Shown here: one piece after another, positions 27,680 to 35,937 of the stretch | How the letters are laid out: each line of letters opens with the position of its first letter | Position numbering within the stretch: the stretch's first letter is position 1 | Origin: Myxococcales bacterium | Lineage (GTDB): Bacteria; Myxococcota_A; Bradymonadia; UBA7976; UBA1532 | DNA: 54,243 nucleotides | Assembly (NCBI GenBank): GCA_947488215.1 | Contig: CANLBD010000001.1 | Location: 1 to 54,243 of the forward strand | Reading direction: 5' to 3' | Notes under the pieces: model-generated | What the model was told of the DNA's origin: nothing | The model's database searches: none | What the model saw: the letters and a program-made list of their open reading frames with translations, nothing else | Made by a program: the position numbers and the translations under genes

Positions 27680-28111
27680 GTGATTCACCTGCACACCGCT
27701 GCGGGCGGCCTCGTCGAGTTTACGGGGCGCACCGGCCGCGTCGTCGAGCGCGGCGAGGTCGTCGCGCGCATTCGCCCCACGAATGGCCCCGCCGAGGAGA
27801 TCACCGCCCCCTTCGACGCCGTCGTCGGGGCGCAGCGCCTGTCGGGTCAGCGCGCACAGCCGTGGTCGCGCATCATCGGCCTTCAGCGCGTTGTCCTCGC
27901 GACGTTCGACGGCCGCGTGCGCTGGGTCGTCGACATGGGCCCGGTCGGCGTGGAGACCACCGTCGCCCTGGTCGCGTCGGACGATGGTCAGACCGTGCGC
28001 CCGCACCGCGCCGGCGGCGTCGGGTTTGTGGCGCGCGTCTTCGCGCAGCCGGGTGAGCGCGTGGTCCGCGGCGCGCCGCTCGTGGAGCTGCGCGGAGAAG
28101 AGCTCGGCTGA
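27680..28111 (+). CDS. hypothetical protein with two lipoyl/hybrid-barrel-like hairpin motifs
   Basis: Very high GC3 in this frame. GRVVERGEVVARI and GERVVRGAPLVEL resemble barrel-sandwich hybrid hairpins. GTG start. The competing antisense ORF 27371..28006 looks like junk. Confidence 0.5.
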   Translation: MIHLHTAAGGLVEFTGRTGRVVERGEVVARIRPTNGPAEEITAPFDAVVGAQRLSGQRAQPWSRIIGLQRVVLATFDGRVRWVVDMGPVGVETTVALVASDDGQTVRPHRAGGVGFVARVFAQPGERVVRGAPLVELRGEELG

Positions 28112-28117
28112 CGCAGG

Positions 28118-30340
28118 CTACGGCGCGAGCGCGGTGATCCACGCCGCGAAGCGCGCGGTGTCCAGGTCGGACCAGTACGGGCCGCCTTGCGGCATGCGGT
28201 TGCCGGCGCCGACCGCCTGCGTGCCCGCGATCTTGAGGTACAGGAAGCTCCGCGCCGGGTTGCCGGGTTCGATCAAGTCAAGACCCGCGCCCCGCACAGA
28301 CGGCACGTTCACCGTGCCGTTCGTGAAGGGCGCGCGGAGGAACGCGTTCGAGTGGCACCCGCACCCGCGGCTGAAGAGCAAGCTCAGGTCGTCCGTCGTG
28401 AAGGGCTGCACACACGCGGGCGTGAGCTCGCACTGCGGGTCGAAGCAGTCAACGCGGCGGTCGCCGTTGTCGTCCACCCCGTTGCCGCAGTTCTCCTGAC
28501 CACAGGCACCCAGACCAGCGCACTGCGGATCGTTGCAGTCAACGAGGCCGTTCGCGTTGTTATCGATGCGGTCGCCGCAGTCCTCGACCTGGCAGGGCAC
28601 CGCGCGCGCGCACGAGGGGTCGAGGCAGTCGATGAGCGCGTTGCCGTTGTTGTCGACGCCGTCGCGGCAATCCTCGATGCACGCGGGGTCGTTGGCGCAC
28701 GCCATGTCGGCGCAGTCGGCTTGGCCGTTGTTGTCGTCGTCGCGGCCGTTGTCACAGGTCTCAAAGGCACACGCAGGCGCGTCGATGCACTGCGGGTCCA
28801 CACAGTCGACCAAGGTGTCTCGGTTGTCGTCGACGCCGTTGTCGCAGCGCTCGAGCTGGCAGCCGGCAAACGCTGCGCAGGCGTCATCAGCGCAGTCGGC
28901 GAGGGCGTCGCCGTCGTCGTCCCGTCCGTTGTCGCAGACTTCGACGAGGCCGCACCCCATGACCCCGGCGCAGTCTGCGTCCGCGCAGTCGATCAAGAAG
29001 TCCCCGTCGTTATCGATCAGGTCACCGCAGACCTCGGGCTGGCACACCGGCTCGAGCGTGCAGTCGGGGTCGCCGCAGTCCACCAGCGCGTCACCGTCAT
29101 CGTCCGCGAAGTTGGCGCAGAGCTCGACGATCGGGCTCGGGGGCAGCGCGTCGATGTAGCCCCCCAACCGCTCGACCTGGATGCGGGTCAGCATGCCGTT
29201 CTGGGGCATGCGCCCGCCGCCGCCGACGTTCGCCTGGCTGCCGTTGACCTTGTGCCAAAGGAAGCTCGCCTGGCGGTTGCCGGGCTCGATGCGTCGCAGC
29301 GCGCTCGCGCGAGACGGCACCGCGACGGTCGTCTGTGTGAAGGGCGCGTCCAGCCGCAGGCCGCCGAGGTCGCGGCCGATGTGACAGCCAGCGCACCGAC
29401 TGTTGAAGAGGCGCTGCACCTCCTCTTCGTCCATCGGCGCCGCGCAGCGTCCCACCCCGAGGCAGTCGTCGTCGTCGCAGTCGGTCGCGCCGTCCGCGTC
29501 GTTGTCCGCGGTGTCGTCGCACAGCTCGGGGTTGCAGACGGGCAAGGCGACGCAGTCCGCGTCCCCGCAATCCGCGACGTTGTCGCCGTCGTCGTCCGCG
29601 CCGTTCGCGCAGTCCTCGGGCGTGCACGCGAGCGCACCGACGCAGTCGGGGTCGTCGCAGTCGATGAGCATGTCCGCGTCGTCGTCCGAGGCGTTCCCGC
29701 AGTCTTCGATGACGCAGAGGGGCGCGTCGGCGCAGTCGGGGTCGAGGCAGTCGGCGAGGCCGTCGCCGTCCTCGTCGAGCGCGCCTTGGCAGGCCTCTCG
29801 CGGCGGGGTCGGTGTCAGCGCGTCAATGTAGAGGCCAATCCCCTCGATCTCGGCGGCGCTGAGGGGCTCCACCGCGCTGGGCATGCGCTCACCGAAGCCG
29901 CCAGCGGCCAGGTGCTCCCCTGTGATCTTCAAGTAGAGATAAGACCGCGTCCGGTCGCCGGGCTCGATGCGGTCGAGCCGCGGGAGCTGAAGGCTCGGCA
30001 CGTCGTGGGTCGAGCGCGTAAAGTCCGCAGGGTCCATCGCGAAGCCCCCGAGCGGCGCGACGCCGACGTGGCAGTTCATGCAGCGCGCGGTCAACAGCGC
30101 GTTGACCTCAGCCTGCGTGAACGCGACGGGCGTTGCAGCGTCAACCGGCGCGGCATCCACTGGAGACGCGTCCACCGACTGCGCATCTTGAGGCGCGGCG
30201 TCCACCGGCGCGGCGTCGGCCAGCGCGGCATCGACCGGCGCGGCGTCCACCGGCGCGGCGTCGCGCGCGTCGTCGTTTGGCTCGCCGCATGCCGCCAAGG
30301 TCAACGCGAGCAAAGGCCAGTTGAAGCTGCGGAGCGCCAT
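28118..30340 (-). CDS. lipoprotein with three PSCyt1-like CxxCH domains separated by 4 + 8 Cys4/Asp-rich repeats
   Basis: MALRSFNWPLLALTLAACG lipobox, then (DAAPV)n spacer. CMNCH (30068-30082), CAGCH (29390-29404) and CGCH (28351-28362) each sit in an 85-90-aa domain ending ...RMP...L...I...WI/YIDAL. Twelve repeats follow C-x6-7-DxDxDxxxDC-x-D-xx-C-x5-6-C. Confidence 0.8.
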   Translation of the reverse strand: MALRSFNWPLLALTLAACGEPNDDARDAAPVDAAPVDAALADAAPVDAAPQDAQSVDASPVDAAPVDAATPVAFTQAEVNALLTARCMNCHVGVAPLGGFAMDPADFTRSTHDVPSLQLPRLDRIEPGDRTRSYLYLKITGEHLAAGGFGERMPSAVEPLSAAEIEGIGLYIDALTPTPPREACQGALDEDGDGLADCLDPDCADAPLCVIEDCGNASDDDADMLIDCDDPDCVGALACTPEDCANGADDDGDNVADCGDADCVALPVCNPELCDDTADNDADGATDCDDDDCLGVGRCAAPMDEEEVQRLFNSRCAGCHIGRDLGGLRLDAPFTQTTVAVPSRASALRRIEPGNRQASFLWHKVNGSQANVGGGGRMPQNGMLTRIQVERLGGYIDALPPSPIVELCANFADDDGDALVDCGDPDCTLEPVCQPEVCGDLIDNDGDFLIDCADADCAGVMGCGLVEVCDNGRDDDGDALADCADDACAAFAGCQLERCDNGVDDNRDTLVDCVDPQCIDAPACAFETCDNGRDDDNNGQADCADMACANDPACIEDCRDGVDNNGNALIDCLDPSCARAVPCQVEDCGDRIDNNANGLVDCNDPQCAGLGACGQENCGNGVDDNGDRRVDCFDPQCELTPACVQPFTTDDLSLLFSRGCGCHSNAFLRAPFTNGTVNVPSVRGAGLDLIEPGNPARSFLYLKIAGTQAVGAGNRMPQGGPYWSDLDTARFAAWITALAP
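30139..30273 (-). repeat. about nine tandem 15-bp in-frame repeats (DAAPV pentads)
   Basis: gcgtccaccggcgcg-type units encode DAAPVDAAPVDAALADAAPVDAAPQDAQSVDASPVDAAPVDAA. Boundaries are approximate. Confidence 0.8.
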
Positions 30341-30375
30341 GGTTCCCCCTCGAGCGCGACGCGCTCGGGCCAAGT

Positions 30376-31071
30376 TCAGAGCGAGTCGATCCAGAGACCG
30401 ATCGTCTCGATCTCACCCGCTGAAAGGGCACCACCGAGCGGCATGCGGCTCGAACGACCGCCCGCCTCGATGTGGGTGCCCTCGACCTTGCGGTACAGGT
30501 AGCTCGCGGCCCGGTCACCCGGCTCAATCAGGTCGAGGCCCGACTGGCGCGAGGCGACGTTCACTGTCGCCTGGGTGAAATCCCCGGCGAGGCTCAAGCC
30601 GCCGCTCGTTCCGCCAATATGGCAGCCATTACACGCGGCCATGAAGATCGCGGCAACCTCGGCCTCAGTCGGTCCTGCGGGGCTCGGTGCTCCGCCGACA
30701 GGCGCGGGCTCCCCGCCGGCAGGCGCAGGCTCACCCCCGACCGGTGCGGGCTCGCCCCCGACTGGCGCGGGCTCGCCACCCACGGGCGCAGGCGTGCCGC
30801 CGACCGGCGCAGGCTCGCCGCCCACGGGCGCAGGCGTCCCGCCGACCGGTGCGGGCTCGCCGCCCACGGGCGCAGGCGTCCCGCCGACCGGTGCGGGCTC
30901 GCCGCCCAGGGGCGCAGGCGTCCCGCCCGAAGGTGTACCCCCCGTGGGCGCGGGCGTCCCGCCCGAAGACGCGCCCGCGTCGACGCTTGAGCTGGACTCG
31001 TCACTCGAACAGGCCGTGAGCATCGTGCTCGCGACAAGACAGGCGCCCAGGATGGGCCACGCGCGCTTCAT
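30376..31071 (-). CDS. lipoprotein with GG(E/T)PAPV heptad spacer and one PSCyt1-like CxxCH domain
   Basis: MKRAWPILGACLVASTMLTACSS lipobox with GGGGGA before ATG 31071. About 11 heptads follow. Then FMAACNGCHIGGTSGGLSLAGDF...LIEPGDRAASYLYRKV...RMPLGGALSAGEIETIGLWIDSL, paralogous to the three domains of the downstream gene. Confidence 0.8.
   Translation of the reverse strand: MKRAWPILGACLVASTMLTACSSDESSSSVDAGASSGGTPAPTGGTPSGGTPAPLGGEPAPVGGTPAPVGGEPAPVGGTPAPVGGEPAPVGGTPAPVGGEPAPVGGEPAPVGGEPAPAGGEPAPVGGAPSPAGPTEAEVAAIFMAACNGCHIGGTSGGLSLAGDFTQATVNVASRQSGLDLIEPGDRAASYLYRKVEGTHIEAGGRSSRMPLGGALSAGEIETIGLWIDSL
30694..30924 (-). repeat. eleven tandem 21-bp in-frame repeats (GG(E/T)PAPV), including an exact 42-bp duplication
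   Basis: 30820-30861 is identical to 30862-30903. The flanking units are near-identical. Confidence 0.9.
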
Positions 31072-31195
31072 AGGATCCCCCATGTGTCAGGATGAGACAG
31101 CTGCTGTACTGGCTGCCGAATAGCAGCAAGTGAGGCTCCGAATCAACCTGCGCGCACGGTGGAGGGAAGCGGGGGCGATAGCCCCGCCGGTCAGC

Positions 31196-31804
31196 TCACT
31201 CGCCGACGCAGCCCGCGCGGAAAGTCGCGTTCAGCGTGGAGATGAACGGGACGAGCTCCTCGCAGGTCGCCTTGTTCGCGGCGAGGTTAGCGACGAAGTC
31301 CATGCCGCCGGGGCCGCAGGTCTCGACGCAGCCGACGTAGAGGCGCTCACGCTCATCTGGGCCGTAGCAGGGGCACAGGTCGGGGCTCTCAGCCGTGGCG
31401 CAGTCGGCCAAGCGGCCACACTGCACGTAGCACTTGTCCGGCGCGCCCACGGGTTCCGCGGGGACCGGGTCCATGCTGTCGGCCGGGCACATCAGGGGGG
31501 CCGCGCCGCCCGCCGGCGCGCCGCCCGCAGCCGCGCCACCGGAAGCCGCGCCACCCGCAGCCGCGCCGCCTGCAGCCGCGCCACCCGCCGGCGTACCACC
31601 CGCAGCCGCACCGCCCGCCGCCGCGCCGCCGACCGGCGCAGGCGTGCCGCCCGTCGTCGCGTCTGGCTGCGCATGCGCACCACCGGCCGCGTGACCGCCC
31701 GCTGCCGCACCGCCCGTGGCGCCGTTATCCGCGTCGTCCTCGCCGCAAGCGGTCAGCGAGAGCCCAAGGACTAGACCACCGAGAAGAACCTTCGAGAGCT
31801 GCAT
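31196..31804 (-). CDS. lipoprotein with (AAGGx)n spacer and a 10-Cys C-terminal domain
   Basis: MQLSKVLLGGLVLGLSLTACG lipobox, with GGGGG-TTTT before ATG 31804. A low-complexity Ala/Gly pentad array is followed by a 100-aa Cys-rich domain (MCPADS...CYVQCGRLADC...CPCYG...GCVETCG...TCEEL...AGCVGE). Confidence 0.7.
   Translation of the reverse strand: MQLSKVLLGGLVLGLSLTACGEDDADNGATGGAAAGGHAAGGAHAQPDATTGGTPAPVGGAAAGGAAAGGTPAGGAAAGGAAAGGAASGGAAAGGAPAGGAAPLMCPADSMDPVPAEPVGAPDKCYVQCGRLADCATAESPDLCPCYGPDERERLYVGCVETCGPGGMDFVANLAANKATCEELVPFISTLNATFRAGCVGE
31499..31635 (-). repeat. about nine tandem 15-bp in-frame repeats (AAGGx pentads)
   Basis: gccgcgccacccgca-type units encode GGAAAGGAAAGGTPAGGAAAGG... 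Boundaries are approximate. Confidence 0.8.
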
Positions 31805-31813
31805 AAAACCCCC

Positions 31814-31844
31814 ATGAAATGAAACGCGCCCTGGAGCGGGCGCG
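31814..31844 (-). terminator. candidate intrinsic terminator after fusA
   Basis: The minus strand reads CGCGCCC-GCTCCA-GGGCGCG followed by TTTCATTTCAT, 70 nt downstream of the fusA stop. Confidence 0.4.
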
Positions 31845-31913
31845 GTGACGAACGTCGTCAAGTTGAGCGTGGCACGAGCCGCGACTTCGTTTCAAACGCG
31901 GCCGCGGAGCCGC

Positions 31914-33998
<2,085 letters not shown>

Positions 33999-34040
33999 TG
34001 GGCCGCCTTTTGCCGGTATGAGGGGGATTTCGGGCGCGGG

Positions 34041-34068
34041 ATGGTAACGATCGAGGCGCGATTTGCAA
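34041..34068 (-). promoter_or_regulatory. candidate sigma-70 promoter for fusA
   Basis: The minus strand reads TTGCAA-N16-TACCAT, ending about 40 nt upstream of the fusA ATG. Confidence 0.3.
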
Positions 34069-34138
34069 GGGCGTCGGGACAGTTTGAGCATCGGACGTCG
34101 CAGACGACCGCGACTTGTCTCGATTTCGCCGCGGTGCG

Positions 34139-35104
34139 ATGGTCCCGCCGATGAGCCGACTGCCCCGACGCACCCCGCGCGCAACGCGCCCTGTGACCTC
34201 TCCCGACGACGCCGGACGCACGGCTGATGGTCAGGTCGTCTGCCGCAAAGGACCGGTCCTCTACGTCGACCGGGGCGGCGAGCGCATCGCCTGCTCGGCG
34301 CGTGGCCCCGGCAAGGGCGCGGTCGTCGGCGACCTCGTCTTCCTCGAGGCGGACGTCGTCACGGGCTGCGTCCCGCGCCAGACGGAGCTCGTCCGCGTCG
34401 ACGCGCTCGGCGACCGCCCGCACACCATCGCCGCGAACGTGGACCGAATGTTCATCGTCTGTGCGGTCGAGCCCCCCCTGCGCGAGGGCCTCATCGACCG
34501 CTACCTCGTTGCGGCGCACCGCGCGGGCATCGCGGCGCACATCGTCTTCAACAAGACGGACCTCTTCCTCGAGGACGACCCTGAGGACGAGGCGGACTTT
34601 CGGGAGCGCCTCTCCCCCTACCCGCCGCTCGGCGTGCCGGTCCACTATGTGAGCGCGCTCGAGGCCCGCGGTGTCGAGAGCGTGCGCGCCGCGCTGACAG
34701 GTCACCTTGGGATCTTCGTCGGGCACAGCGGCGTGGGCAAGACGAGCCTGCTCAACGCGCTCTGCCCCGGCCTAGAACATCGCACGCAGGACCTCTCGGA
34801 GCAGAGCGGCCGCGGACGCCATACCACGAGCCACACGGAGCTCTTCGAGGTCCCCGGAGGCGGCCGCATCATCGACAGCCCCGGTGTCCGCGCCTTTGGT
34901 CTCTGGGCCATCGACCCTGCCGAGGTCAAGAAACACTTCGTCGAGTTCTTGCCGCTCGCCGCCCGCTGCCGCTTTGCCGACTGCGCGCACGCCGAAGAGC
35001 CCGCCTGCGCGGTCCGCGACGCGGCCGAGGCCGAGAAGATCAGCCCGTTCCGTTACGAGGCCTACCTGCGCATTCGAGAGTCGTTGCGCGCGTCACAGGG
35101 CTGA
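34139..35104 (+). CDS. rsgA: ribosome small-subunit-dependent GTPase A
   Basis: Circularly permuted GTPase order: FNKTDL (G4), then [15 protein letters not shown] (G1), DSPG (G3). C-terminal zinc knuckle [16 protein letters not shown]. Start is ATG 34139 or 34151. Confidence 0.88.
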   Translation: MVPPMSRLPRRTPRATRPVTSPDDAGRTADGQVVCRKGPVLYVDRGGERIACSARGPGKGAVVGDLVFLEADVVTGCVPRQTELVRVDALGDRPHTIAANVDRMFIVCAVEPPLREGLIDRYLVAAHRAGIAAHIVFNKTDLFLEDDPEDEADFRERLSPYPPLGVPVHYVSALEARGVESVRAALTGHLGIFVGHSGVGKTSLLNALCPGLEHRTQDLSEQSGRGRHTTSHTELFEVPGGGRIIDSPGVRAFGLWAIDPAEVKKHFVEFLPLAARCRFADCAHAEEPACAVRDAAEAEKISPFRYEAYLRIRESLRASQG

Positions 35105-35108
35105 GCGG

Positions 35109-35924
35109 GTGGCCCCCGACGACCTCGCGCCGCAACCCGACGAGTCCCTCGACCGGCTCAGCCGCTCGCTCTGGTTGCTCCAACGCAAGCGTGGTCACCG
35201 CGCGACCTCGGATGATGTGGTCCTTGCGGGTTTGGCGGTGGCAGCGGCGCCGAGCGCGCGTCGGGTGCTCGACCTCGGCACGGGCAAGTGCACCGTCGCG
35301 CTGCTCATGGCGAGAGCGCTGCCGACGTGCGCCTTTGTCGGCGTCGAAGCCTTCCCGCAGAGCTACGCGCTCGGCAAGCGCAACGTGGCCCTGAACGGTT
35401 TGGCCGCACGCATCGATCTTCGCCTCGGGGACCTGCGGGACACGACCTTGTTGGCGGACCAGCCGCGATTCGATCTGGTGACAGGCGCGCCGCCGTTTAT
35501 GCCTCTGGGCACGGGTGTCCTGCCTGCAGACCCGCAGCGCGCGGCAGGCCGCTTCGAGACCCGAGGCGGCATCGAGTCGTATGCGGCCGCAGCAGCGCGA
35601 GCGCTCTTGCCCGCCGGACGTGCCGTGCTCCTGATGGACGGCGCTTCAGCGAAACGCGCTCTGGAGGCGCTCATCGGGGCGCAGCTCGTGCTGCTCGACT
35701 GGATCGAGGTGCGGCCCCGCCCCAACCGCCCGCCCACATTTCACGTATTCATCGCGCAGCCTGGGCCCACGAGCGAGTCCGCACGATCAACGCCCCGCTT
35801 GCTCTCGATGCGCGACCAAACTGGTGAGGCGTGGCATCCAGAGTACGCGGCCCTCAGGGCGTCGCTCGAGCTGGACTCGGTCGGCACGCCCGTTGCGTTG
35901 CCGGACTGCCACACGCCCCCCTAA
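35109..35924 (+). CDS. class I SAM-dependent methyltransferase (small-MTase / YfiC-TrmN6-like)
   Basis: RVLDLGTGKCTVALLMA motif I. DLVTGAPPFMP is at the position of the (N/D)PP(Y/F) motif. GTG 35109 lies just after the rsgA stop. The track ORF start 34884 lies inside rsgA. Confidence 0.75.
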   Translation: MAPDDLAPQPDESLDRLSRSLWLLQRKRGHRATSDDVVLAGLAVAAAPSARRVLDLGTGKCTVALLMARALPTCAFVGVEAFPQSYALGKRNVALNGLAARIDLRLGDLRDTTLLADQPRFDLVTGAPPFMPLGTGVLPADPQRAAGRFETRGGIESYAAAAARALLPAGRAVLLMDGASAKRALEALIGAQLVLLDWIEVRPRPNRPPTFHVFIAQPGPTSESARSTPRLLSMRDQTGEAWHPEYAALRASLELDSVGTPVALPDCHTPP

Positions 35925-35937
35925 CGGAGCCCGACCA

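Noticed and set aside
27371-28006. 211-aa minus-strand ORF competing with the 143-aa plus-strand gene
   Set aside because: The translation is Arg/Asp/Ala/Gly-rich junk, it overlaps the end of rsmJ, and GC3 favours the plus-strand frame.
28187-30502. 771-aa plus-strand ORF across the Cys-rich lipoprotein locus
   Set aside because: The product is Arg/Val/Ala/His-rich without signal or domains. The minus strand gives a lipobox protein with internally paralogous domains shared with the neighbouring gene.
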